A DNA stretch of 64,000 nt. Source: Erwinia sp. Eh17-17. GTDB lineage: Bacteria; Pseudomonadota; Gammaproteobacteria; Enterobacterales; Enterobacteriaceae. The position numbers and the translations under genes are program-made. The stretch covers positions 146,881 through 210,880 of the forward strand of contig NZ_JBDFQT010000004.1 of assembly GCF_039675725.1 (NCBI RefSeq), in the 5' to 3' direction. Positions 41,923 to 50,704 of the stretch are shown piece after piece (within the stretch, counting starts at the first letter, position 1; every line of letters starts with the position of its first letter). Below the pieces are notes generated by a model. That model was given only the letters and a program-made list of their open reading frames with translations, did not search any database and had not been told where the DNA came from.

Positions 41923-42843
41923 TTAGCTCCGGCTGGCGCAGCCGCACTGGGACATTTCGCCATGCACTTCGCGGCTCAGGTGCGAATGGCGGATTTTCAG
42001 TTCACCCTTGCGCCATACGCCCTGTGCGTCAGTGCGCTGGTCGAGCAGGCGATTGAGCGCCTCGTTAATCTGCAGGTCACTGCGCTGGGCCCAGGTGGTC
42101 AGGCTCCACATCGAAGAGTGGGCTTCGCTGACATCGTCAAAGCCCACGACACCGATATGCGCGCCTTCGCCAAAATCACGAATCGCCTGCATCGCACCAA
42201 AAGCCAGCACGTCGTTCTCGCAGAACAGCCCTTCGATGCGCTCAGAGGCCCAGGTGGTTTTCAGGTAGGCCATCATCGCTTTGTAACCCATCTCCCGATC
42301 GGACTGACCCGCCACCAGCACGCTGTTCAGGGTTTTACCCGCGCCCTGCAAACTGGCAGCGTAACCGTCCATCCGCCGCAGGGGCGCTGAAGCGACCTCC
42401 TGACCCTGCAGATAACCAAAACGCTGATACCCCTGCGACAGCAGCAGGCGGCCGATCTGCTCGCCGGCCGCATACTCATCAACACCGATCGCCGCTTCCC
42501 CCTCTTCTGCCGCGCTGCGGCAGACGTGGATGGCGGGCAGCGGATAGCACTCCTCAATCGCGGCAAGCTGTTCCGCGCTGAGGGGGTGGGTAAGAAACAG
42601 CAGCGCATCTAACGGTAACTGCCCGGCCGTGCGTAAAACGGCCTGACAGCTGGCATCGTCGTCCACGTTTAACAGCACGGCGCTGGCGCCGCGCTGGTGA
42701 AGCTGGCGCGTCACTTCATTCAGCAGGGTCAGGGTATACGGGTTACTGAACTCCCCGGCGACAATGCCAATCGCGCGGTGCTTTTGCTGCCGGGTAAGGC
42801 CTGCGGCATGACGGGTCTGTTTTTCTGTCGGGGTATTATTCAT
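41923..42843 (-). CDS. LacI-family periplasmic-binding-fold (ligand-binding) domain protein lacking the N-terminal HTH; possibly a truncated regulator
   Basis: The ligand-binding core (…RAIGIVAGEFSNPYTLTLLNEV…, …GVVGFDDVSEA…) is present. The N-terminal 40 aa show no LacI HTH, and no HTH is found in other frames upstream. Confidence 0.5.
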   Translation of the reverse strand: MNNTPTEKQTRHAAGLTRQQKHRAIGIVAGEFSNPYTLTLLNEVTRQLHQRGASAVLLNVDDDASCQAVLRTAGQLPLDALLFLTHPLSAEQLAAIEECYPLPAIHVCRSAAEEGEAAIGVDEYAAGEQIGRLLLSQGYQRFGYLQGQEVASAPLRRMDGYAASLQGAGKTLNSVLVAGQSDREMGYKAMMAYLKTTWASERIEGLFCENDVLAFGAMQAIRDFGEGAHIGVVGFDDVSEAHSSMWSLTTWAQRSDLQINEALNRLLDQRTDAQGVWRKGELKIRHSHLSREVHGEMSQCGCASRS

Positions 42844-43028
42844 GATGAGGTAAGCTGTTGCGCTCCGGTGACTGAACCTGTGAGGGTCAGAATAGAGGAA
42901 TCCCGCACCCGTCAAAAGAACAGTGCAGCGGATATGTGATTTCGCACGCCTTTAACGGGGGAATACTACCCTGCATTTATCCATACTCACCGGCTCAGGC
43001 AGCGTGCCTCTCCGGACTAAGGGACTCA

Positions 43029-44006
43029 ATGAAATTCGCTTCATTTGCTGCTCTGGTACTTTCTGGTCTGTTTATCTGCGGTGCGGCGTCAGCGGCCAAA
43101 ACGTTAGACGACTTCAACCATCGGCCCACCGCCTATGGCAACGCGGGCGAGCTCACGCCGGAACCGCATTTAGTGGCGGAATTCAAAGACAAAAAGTTTG
43201 TCTGCCGCAGCGAAGAGGCGTTCACACCGCAGGAAAGTCCGGCGGCAGCGGCGGCCTTTCGACAGCTGGTTGACTACGCAGCCAGGGGCGATGCGGTAGA
43301 CAATTTCTGGCAGGATGCCGGAAACAAAAAACAGCGTGAAGAGCTACTGGCGGCGGCCGTCAAAGCCGGAAGCTGGAAGGCCGTCTGGCTGGATACTGTC
43401 TGGACGCTGCGTTACCCGGCCAGCCCGGAAGCCACGAAGCAGGCCAATGCGACCCTGCAAAAAATGATTGAGCAGGGTGTCCCGATCGCCGCCTATGCCT
43501 GGGCTTCCTCTCTGTATGGTCGTGACTACAAGACCATGTACCGTCTGCTGTCGACCGCCGTCGATCGCGGCAGTCCGCAGGCGATGGAGCTGGTCGCAGG
43601 CACCCTCGTTCCCCAGGTCAGAGAGCTGCACCCCATTGCCAGAGAGATGCTGGAATGCGCCGTTAAGCAGGGCTACGCGCCGGCTTATGCCAGCCTCGGC
43701 AGGCTGGCATGGATTGAAGGACACCGGACAGACGCCTACCGCCTGTGGGCAAAAGGCCTGAACCTGGGATGTGATGCCTGCAGCGAGCCTCTGGAGTCGC
43801 TGGCCAGGGTGCGTTCTGGCTACAACACCGCAACCCCGATGCTGGATTTGATGCCTGAGCTGGCCGCCATTAATGCGTTCTACAACAGCAACTTTTTCTA
43901 CACGCTGAGCGGACTGCGCGACTTTGAACGCCCCCTGCCCGAAAAACTGGCGTTTCACCTCAACGATAAAGAGCTGTTAGCCCTGCTGAAAGCAGAACAG
44001 GGCTGA
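43029..44006 (+). CDS. Secreted hypothetical protein (signal peptide, possible Sel1/TPR-like helical repeats)
   Basis: MKFASFAALVLSGLFICGAASAAKT signal peptide. No recognisable catalytic motifs. Confidence 0.5.
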   Translation: MKFASFAALVLSGLFICGAASAAKTLDDFNHRPTAYGNAGELTPEPHLVAEFKDKKFVCRSEEAFTPQESPAAAAAFRQLVDYAARGDAVDNFWQDAGNKKQREELLAAAVKAGSWKAVWLDTVWTLRYPASPEATKQANATLQKMIEQGVPIAAYAWASSLYGRDYKTMYRLLSTAVDRGSPQAMELVAGTLVPQVRELHPIAREMLECAVKQGYAPAYASLGRLAWIEGHRTDAYRLWAKGLNLGCDACSEPLESLARVRSGYNTATPMLDLMPELAAINAFYNSNFFYTLSGLRDFERPLPEKLAFHLNDKELLALLKAEQG

Positions 44007-44029
44007 TGACCCTTGCGGGAGATTGAACG

Positions 44030-44893
44030 ATGAAATCGTTACTACTTTGTCTCATCGCGCTGCTCTCAGGCTGTGATAACGCCAGTGCGCCGGTCACCCG
44101 CACCGTTAAGGTGTGGCTGGGCGATACCACAGACGGGATGCAGTCTGCGCTGGGGGAGGATCTGACCCGCGACTGTGACGACACGATGTGCTGGTATAAT
44201 TTCACTAAGCCATCCCAAAGCGGCAATACCCTCAATCTGGTGCTGGGCGGCGATCGCCCCTTCACCCTCGACGGGGTGTTCTCTTTTACCGCCCCGGTCT
44301 ACAAAGAGAATCACCATCGTTTTGATGAGATCAATATCTACCCCCTCGGCCTGCCGGAAGACAGCCTGCTGGCGGATAGCCGCAGGTGGTTCTATCAGCT
44401 GGTTGAGCGCCTTCAGGCCGCCGGATGGCAGCGTTTTATTATGCAGGATGATCCGCGCTTGCCGGGGTCTGAAGTGGCTAACGCCGTGCGGATTGAACAG
44501 GTGATGACCACGTCCAGCCTCACGACGCCGTTTAACGACCCGTCATCGCCGCTCAATAACGCGCAGTGGCGAACGCTGCCATTTTTAGCCGACTGGTATT
44601 TTTACCGCGGTAATGAATACCTGACCCTGCGCGTACAGCGTCAGAACAGCGACACCGCCCCTGAGGAACGCGCGACTTACCTGTACACCCTGGTGTTCCG
44701 CAGTGAGCAACAGACGTATCAGGACTATTTTCCGTATGAGGAGCGTCACCGCTGGAAAACGCTGTTACCTGCGCTGTTGAAAACCATGGCGAAACAGCGG
44801 GCGGAACAGGAAGCGCGACTGCGCGCGGCAGGCATCAGGATTGATGAGAACTATCACGACCCGGCGATCGGTGCGCTGAGCGGGCCTGACTAG
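44030..44893 (+). CDS. Hypothetical lipoprotein
   Basis: Lipobox LLSGC-D (MKSLLLCLIALLSGCDNAS). Its start is 24 bp after the upstream gene. Confidence 0.55.
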   Translation: MKSLLLCLIALLSGCDNASAPVTRTVKVWLGDTTDGMQSALGEDLTRDCDDTMCWYNFTKPSQSGNTLNLVLGGDRPFTLDGVFSFTAPVYKENHHRFDEINIYPLGLPEDSLLADSRRWFYQLVERLQAAGWQRFIMQDDPRLPGSEVANAVRIEQVMTTSSLTTPFNDPSSPLNNAQWRTLPFLADWYFYRGNEYLTLRVQRQNSDTAPEERATYLYTLVFRSEQQTYQDYFPYEERHRWKTLLPALLKTMAKQRAEQEARLRAAGIRIDENYHDPAIGALSGPD

Positions 44894-44970
44894 CCCAGCG
44901 CGGGCTCATCCAAAATCTGCAAACGGCTCAGGCGCTGGCGTTGCCGGGGTGAGGCAGGTCTGACCCTCAA

Positions 44971-46842
44971 TCAGAACGCGAAGCAGGAACAGCCCAGCGC
45001 GCCCCAGAAGGCATTATCATCCGACACCGGCACGCCGGAGCGGCGCGCCACATCGTGCGAGTGGCTGTGAACGCCGCAGGGGCCGCTGCACTGGTGCGGC
45101 TGTGAGGCAAAAGCCACGCGCCCGTTCGCCAGCGGCGGTGCGCTGCGGTAATGGCCTGGCGTGGTCACCACCGGCGACCATTCCGGCAACACCGGCACCG
45201 GCGGCGGCGACAGCGGGCTGAAGCGGCCTGCCGCATACACCACGTCGCCATTCACCACGGTCAGCACCGATTCGATCCCCTTAATCGCTTCTTCGCTGAC
45301 GCTGAAATAGTCCTGTGACAGGATCGCCAGGTCAGCCAGCTGCCCCACTTTAATCTGCCCCTTTTTCCCCTGCTCGCTGGAGAACCAGGCGCTGCCCTGG
45401 GTCCAGAGCATCAGCGCGGTTTCGCGGTCCAGACGGGCGCTGACGTCATACATCGCCATGCCGCCGACGGTGCGGCCGGACACCAGCCAGTAAAGCGCGG
45501 TCCACGGGTTATAGCTGGCAACGCGGGTGGCATCGGTGCCCAGGCCAACCGGCACCCCGGCTTCCAGCATTTTTGCCACCGGCGGCGTCTGCTTCACCGC
45601 CTCGTGGCCGTAGCGTTCGGCAAAATATTCGCCCTGGAACGCCATACGGTGCTGAACCGCAATACCGCCACCCAGCTCTTTCACCCGCTCAATATTCGCT
45701 TCGGTGATGGTCTCCGCATGGTCGAAAATCCAGTGCAGGCCGTTAAAGGGAATATCGCGGTTCACCTTTTCGAACACGTCCAGCATGCGGCCGATCGACT
45801 CGTTATAGGTGGCGTGCAGGCGGAACGGCCAGCGGTGCTCGACCAGGTGACGCACCACGCGCTCCAGCTCGTCTTCCATTCCGGGGGCCAGATCGGGCCG
45901 GGGTTCGAGGAAGTCTTCGAAGTCGGCGGCGGAGAACACCAGCATCTCGCCTGCGCCGTTATGGCGATAAAAATCAGTGCCCTGGCCCGGCTTCAGCATA
46001 TCGGTCCAGCGCTCAAAATCTTCCAGCTCGTGACCGGGCCGCTGCGTAAACAGGTTGTAGGCGATGCGCACCGTCAGCTGTTTTTTCTCGTGCAGCTCGC
46101 CGATCACCGCATAGTCATCCGGGTAGTTCTGGAAACCGCCGCCCGCATCGATAGCGCTGGTCAGCCCCAGGCGGTTCAGCTCACGCATAAACTGGCGGGT
46201 AGAGTTCACCTGCTGCTCCAGCGGCAGCTTCGGCCCTTTTGCCAGCGTGGAGTACAGCAGCATCGCATTCGGACGGGCGATCAGCATGCCGGTCGGATTG
46301 CCGTTGCCGTCGCGCTGGATCTCCCCGCCCGGCGGGTTTGGCGTGTCTCTGGTATAGCCCACCACGCGCAGGGCGGCGCGGTTAAGCAGCGCACGGTCGT
46401 AGAGGTGCAGAATAAATACTGGCGTATCCGGGGCCGCCTCATTAATTTCATCCAGCGTCGGCATACGGCGTTCGGCAAACTGGAACTCGTTCCAGCCGCC
46501 CACCACCCGCACCCACTGCGGATTTGGCGTGCGCAGCGCCTGCTCTTTCAGCATGCGCAGGGCGTCAGCCAGCGACGGTACACCTTCCCAGCGCAGCTCC
46601 AGATTGTAGTTCAGCCCGCCCCGGATCAGATGCAGGTGCGAGTCGTTCAGCCCCGGAATACCGGTGTGGCCCTTCAGGTCCACCAGCCGGGTGTCATTAC
46701 CGGCAAACTGCATCACTTCCGCTTCGCTGCCCACGGCGAGGAATTTACCGTCTTTAATGGCCACCGCCGTCGCCAGCGGGTTTTCGCGGTCAACGGTGTG
46801 GAATTTGCCGTTGGTCAGAATCAATGAGGCATTATTCATCAT
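44971..46842 (-). CDS. Amidohydrolase-3 family metal-dependent hydrolase with a Cys/His-rich C-terminal tail
   Basis: N-terminal ...VAIKDGKFLAVGSEAEV...GLNDSHLHLIRGG... is typical of the amidohydrolase 3 (YtcJ-like) family. The C-terminus is ...HQCSGPCGVHSHSHD...GCSCFAF. Confidence 0.7.
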   Translation of the reverse strand: MMNNASLILTNGKFHTVDRENPLATAVAIKDGKFLAVGSEAEVMQFAGNDTRLVDLKGHTGIPGLNDSHLHLIRGGLNYNLELRWEGVPSLADALRMLKEQALRTPNPQWVRVVGGWNEFQFAERRMPTLDEINEAAPDTPVFILHLYDRALLNRAALRVVGYTRDTPNPPGGEIQRDGNGNPTGMLIARPNAMLLYSTLAKGPKLPLEQQVNSTRQFMRELNRLGLTSAIDAGGGFQNYPDDYAVIGELHEKKQLTVRIAYNLFTQRPGHELEDFERWTDMLKPGQGTDFYRHNGAGEMLVFSAADFEDFLEPRPDLAPGMEDELERVVRHLVEHRWPFRLHATYNESIGRMLDVFEKVNRDIPFNGLHWIFDHAETITEANIERVKELGGGIAVQHRMAFQGEYFAERYGHEAVKQTPPVAKMLEAGVPVGLGTDATRVASYNPWTALYWLVSGRTVGGMAMYDVSARLDRETALMLWTQGSAWFSSEQGKKGQIKVGQLADLAILSQDYFSVSEEAIKGIESVLTVVNGDVVYAAGRFSPLSPPPVPVLPEWSPVVTTPGHYRSAPPLANGRVAFASQPHQCSGPCGVHSHSHDVARRSGVPVSDDNAFWGALGCSCFAF

Positions 46843-47416
46843 TACTCTCCGGGCTGATTTTCCCGCGCGGGGACAGCCAGTTGTTTAATAAACGCGTTAT
46901 CGCCGGCATCCAAAAATACACCACCAGGCCGACCACGCAGGCATCGTTGAGAAAATGTCCCCACAGCGTTCCTTTACTGGCGGGCAGCACTGCCCCCCAG
47001 AACCAGGGAACCAGATTAGTGGAGGGAAAAATCACCGCCAGGGTAACCAGAAACTGCTTCCACTGCTTCGGTGCCACCCGCGCCGGGTCGACCGGGGTAA
47101 ACCAGAATGCCGCGCCGGGGCGCATCTCAATATGCTCCTGCCCCGCCAGCAGCCCCGCCAGCTCTGCCACGTGCGCCGCACGCTGCGTTGAGTTCAGCCA
47201 CTGATAAAGATTGTCCAGGTTGTCGAATCTGACCAGTATCGTCCAGGTCAATTCCCCGTGAACCGGGCGCAGTATGTTGACGCCCAGATGGCCGGGGAAC
47301 AACGCCGCCTGCGGCATAATGGCTTCCAGCCAGCGCTGATATTCGGCCTGCTTTTCGGGCAACAGGCGATGCGTAATCACCAGGGTGATATGTTCAGGCT
47401 GATGGGGATAATCCAC
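46832..47416 (-). CDS. ABM (antibiotic-biosynthesis-monooxygenase-like) domain protein fused to a two-TM C-terminal segment
   Basis: N-terminal ITLVITHRLLPEKQAEYQRWLEAI... is an ABM/Dabb-like fold, followed by hydrophobic helices. It overlaps the amidohydrolase start by 11 bp. Confidence 0.5.
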   Translation of the reverse strand: MDYPHQPEHITLVITHRLLPEKQAEYQRWLEAIMPQAALFPGHLGVNILRPVHGELTWTILVRFDNLDNLYQWLNSTQRAAHVAELAGLLAGQEHIEMRPGAAFWFTPVDPARVAPKQWKQFLVTLAVIFPSTNLVPWFWGAVLPASKGTLWGHFLNDACVVGLVVYFWMPAITRLLNNWLSPRGKISPESNDE

Positions 47417-47450
47417 GACGTTCTCCTTTATGCCCCCTCAGGGGGCCAGG

Positions 47451-48186
47451 CCATCAGGCTTTGCGGGCCGGGGCGTTGTGCACCATGGTGTAGGCGTAGT
47501 CCACCCCCATGCCGTACGCGCCGCTGTGCTCGCGCACCAGGTCCATCACCTCGTCATACGTCTCTTTGCGTGACCAGTCGCGCTGGTACTCCAGCAATAC
47601 CTGCTGCCACGTCACCGGCACCGCCCCCGCCTGCACCATGCGGTCAATGGAGCGCTCGTGCGCGTCCACGCTGGTCCCGCCTGACGTATCGGTCACCACG
47701 TAAACCTCAAACCCCTCCTTCATCGCCATCAGCGCCGGAAACGTCAGGCACACTTCGGTCCACAGGGCCGAGATAATCAGCTTCTTACGCCCCGTCGCCT
47801 TCACCGCCTTCACGAACGCCTCGTCTTCCCAGGAGTTCATCGAGGTGCGCTCAATCGGCGCGGACTCCGGGTGTACCGCCAGCAGCTCCGGCCAGATGTA
47901 GCCGCTGAAACTCTCGGTTTCCACCGAGGTATAAATGGTCGGCACGTTAAAAATCTTTCCTGCTTTTGCCAAAGCAACGGTGTTATTTTTAAGCTGCTGA
48001 CGATCGATGTTAGCGACGCCGAACGACATCTGCGGCTGATGGTCGATGAAAATCAGGGTGGAGTTCTGTGGGTCCAGCAGGTCGAATTTAGACATTTTAT
48101 TATTCCTTTTACGTTTCAGGTTTCGGGTTTGTCTTGCGTGCTGACACAATACGAAATGGCCGTCCCGGTTGATAACGGAAAGAATT
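47451..48186. repeat. About 735-bp direct repeat, copy 1 (98-99% identical to 52443..53176)
   Basis: Identity starts at atcaggctttgcgggccgggg and ends at ...ggttgataacggaaagaatt. It covers the YcaC-like gene plus its 5' region. Confidence 0.85.
47454..48095 (-). CDS. Isochorismatase-family hydrolase (YcaC-like), copy 1
   Basis: MSKFDLLDPQNSTLIFIDHQ... with ...LIISALWTEVCLTFPALMAMKEGFEVYVVTD... is the YcaC-type cysteine hydrolase fold. Divergent from a LysR gene. Confidence 0.8.
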   Translation of the reverse strand: MSKFDLLDPQNSTLIFIDHQPQMSFGVANIDRQQLKNNTVALAKAGKIFNVPTIYTSVETESFSGYIWPELLAVHPESAPIERTSMNSWEDEAFVKAVKATGRKKLIISALWTEVCLTFPALMAMKEGFEVYVVTDTSGGTSVDAHERSIDRMVQAGAVPVTWQQVLLEYQRDWSRKETYDEVMDLVREHSGAYGMGVDYAYTMVHNAPARKA

Positions 48187-48225
48187 CAGGTTGTTGTTAA
48201 ATAAATTTTGGGTTTGGGGAGCACC

Positions 48226-49134
48226 ATGCGATTAAACCTTGAAGCGCTGCTGATTCTGGATGCACTGGACCGCCACGGTACCTTTGCCGCAGCGGCGGCC
48301 AGGCTGTTTAAAACCGCTTCCGCGCTGAGTTACACGGTGCAGAAGATGGAAAGCGATTTAAATATCACGCTGCTGGATCGCTCCGGTCACCGTGCCACAT
48401 TTACCCCCACCGGGCGTCTGATGCTGGAAAAAGGACGCATTCTGCTGCGCGCCGTGAGCGAACTGGAACAGCAGGCGCAGTACGTGGAAAGCGGCTGGGA
48501 AAGTCAGCTCACCATCAGCCTGGATGCCACAGTGCCGTTTGCGCTGCTGTCCGGGCTGATCGATACCTTCTATCAGGAGCACCAACACACCCGGCTGCTG
48601 TTCCGGCAGGACGTGCTGGCGGGCTGCTGGGAAGCGCTGAGTTACGGTCTGGCGGATATTGTTTTCGGTGCGGTACAGGAACCGGTGCGCCACAGCGGCG
48701 TGAGCTGCGTTCCGGTGGGCTGGCTGGAATATACCTTTGCGATTGCGCCGCATCATCCGCTGGCGGCGCTGCCTGCCCCGCTGCTGCGCGAGCAGATCCG
48801 CCAGTACCGGGCCGTGGTGGTCCACGACACCTCGCGTCACGCCGAAGGCACCGATCTGCGCGTGCTCGACGAACAGCCCATCCTCAGCGTGCACAGCTTC
48901 AGTGACAAAGTTCAGGCGCAGGTGGACGGGCTGGGCTGTGGCTACCTGCCGCGCTATCTGGCGGCGCCGCATCTGGAAAAAGGTACGCTGGTCGAACGCC
49001 AGCTGGACAGCGAAACCCGGCGCGACCAGGCGTTTCTGGCCTGGAACGACAGCGCCACCGGCAACGCCGCGATGTGGTGGCGTGAACGCTTGCAGAACTT
49101 TGAGGGGATCCGCAGCGTGTATGCGGCGGAGTAA
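48226..49134 (+). CDS. LysR-family transcriptional regulator
   Basis: N-terminal HTH MRLNLEALLILDALDRHGTFAAAAARLFKTASALSYTVQKMESDL. Confidence 0.85.
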   Translation: MRLNLEALLILDALDRHGTFAAAAARLFKTASALSYTVQKMESDLNITLLDRSGHRATFTPTGRLMLEKGRILLRAVSELEQQAQYVESGWESQLTISLDATVPFALLSGLIDTFYQEHQHTRLLFRQDVLAGCWEALSYGLADIVFGAVQEPVRHSGVSCVPVGWLEYTFAIAPHHPLAALPAPLLREQIRQYRAVVVHDTSRHAEGTDLRVLDEQPILSVHSFSDKVQAQVDGLGCGYLPRYLAAPHLEKGTLVERQLDSETRRDQAFLAWNDSATGNAAMWWRERLQNFEGIRSVYAAE

Positions 49135-49191
49135 CGCGTCACGCCCGGTCCTTCCGGGCGTCCGCAGTAAAACGATCGGTGGCCCGCATAT

Positions 49192-50055
49192 TTAGCGACC
49201 GCGCGCGGTGTTCCACTGTACGGCAAACACGCTGGCCAGCACCACAACCAGGCCGGCCAGTGCCGTGCCGGTCATCGACTGCCCCAGCAGCACCCAGCCC
49301 AGCCCCACGGCGCAGAGCGGGCTGAGTAAGCCCAGCGAGGCCACCGCCACCGTCGGCAGCCGCGCCACACCGCGAAACCAGATGGTATAAGCCAGCAGCG
49401 CACCGGCCAGGCTCAGATAAGCATACGCCGCCCACTGTTGCAGCGTCAGCGCGGGCAGCGGGGCCTCAACCTGCCACGCCACGGGGGCCAGCATCAGTCC
49501 GCCGATCGCCAGCTGCCAGCCGGTCAGCGACAGGACCGGAAGATCGATCTTCCAGCGGCGCGTCAGCCAGACGCCGGTCGCCATACAGCCAGCCCCCAGC
49601 AGCGCCGCCGCGATCCCCACCGGTTCAAATACCGTCTGCGGCGACAGCAACAGCATCGCCATACCGATAACGCCTGCCACAGAGGCCCACAGGGTGATTT
49701 GCGCCGGTGAACGGCGATCCACCGTCCATGTCAGCACCATCACCAGCAGCGGCTGGATGGCACCGAGCACCGCGGCCAGCCCGCCGGGCAGGCGATAAGC
49801 GGCAACAAACAGCAGCGCCTGGAACACGCCGATATTGAGTGCGCTGAGTACCAGTAAACGCCACCAGTCCCGTCGGGCGGGCAGCTGCCGGGTAAACAGC
49901 AGCAGCAGCAGGCCGGCAGGCAGCACGCGGATCAGCGCGGCGGTAAACGGCCGGTCCGGCGGCAGCAGTTGTGAAGTCACGATATAGGTCGAGCCCCAGA
50001 TAGCCGGCGCCAGGGCCGTCAGCATAATGTCGCGCAGAGAGGATTGGGTGTTCAT
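49192..50055 (-). CDS. EamA/DMT-family membrane transporter (PecM-like)
   Basis: Ten-TM EamA repeat architecture. Divergent from a MarR gene, as in the pecS-pecM pair. Confidence 0.75.
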   Translation of the reverse strand: MNTQSSLRDIMLTALAPAIWGSTYIVTSQLLPPDRPFTAALIRVLPAGLLLLLFTRQLPARRDWWRLLVLSALNIGVFQALLFVAAYRLPGGLAAVLGAIQPLLVMVLTWTVDRRSPAQITLWASVAGVIGMAMLLLSPQTVFEPVGIAAALLGAGCMATGVWLTRRWKIDLPVLSLTGWQLAIGGLMLAPVAWQVEAPLPALTLQQWAAYAYLSLAGALLAYTIWFRGVARLPTVAVASLGLLSPLCAVGLGWVLLGQSMTGTALAGLVVVLASVFAVQWNTARGR

Positions 50056-50102
50056 GACTTTACCTTCAATTCAAGATATCATGATTGTGTTGATCAACTA
50101 CC

Positions 50103-50657
50103 TTGAAGTCAAGACAAATGAAACAGACTGTCAGCCAGCCGCCGCGCGATGCGGTCGATACGATCCTCGAACAGTGGCGACGCGAACGTCCCGACCTGGA
50201 CGCCAGCCCGATGGGCCCCATTGGCCGCCTGAAGCGCTGTAGCGTGCTGCTGGAGCAGCAGCTTGAAGCCTGGTTTTCGCGTTTTGATTTAACCAGCTGG
50301 GAGTTCGATATGCTGGCGACGCTGCGGCGCGCGGGTGCGCCCCACTGCCTCAGCCCTACCGCCCTGTTCTCGACGCTGATGGTGACATCAGGCACCATGA
50401 CCCACCGTCTGAAGCGGCTGGAAAGCCGTGGGCTGGTGGCGCGCATCGCCAACGCAGAGGATGCCCGCAGCACCCTCGTGCAGCTCACCCCGGAGGGGCT
50501 GGCACTGATTAATCGCGTGGTCGGGCCGCACGTTGAGAATGAGCGCCAGATACTGTCGGTACTGCCTGCCGACGCGCTGGCCAATCTTGATGCCTCTCTC
50601 TCGACGCTGCTGCTGGCGTTAGAGGCCGGAAACCGGGACGGCGACCAGCCCGAATAA
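50103..50657 (+). CDS. MarR-family transcriptional regulator (PecS-like)
   Basis: Winged-helix MarR core ...FDLTSWEFDMLATLRRAG...LESRGLVARIANAEDARSTLVQLTPEG... Confidence 0.8.
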   Translation: MKSRQMKQTVSQPPRDAVDTILEQWRRERPDLDASPMGPIGRLKRCSVLLEQQLEAWFSRFDLTSWEFDMLATLRRAGAPHCLSPTALFSTLMVTSGTMTHRLKRLESRGLVARIANAEDARSTLVQLTPEGLALINRVVGPHVENERQILSVLPADALANLDASLSTLLLALEAGNRDGDQPE

Positions 50658-50704
50658 ACACGATGCAGGGGGCGAACCGACCAAAGGTCGCCCCCTGACA
50701 GGGA

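Noticed and set aside
45604-46827. 407-aa plus-strand ORF
   Set aside because: Antisense to the amidohydrolase gene.
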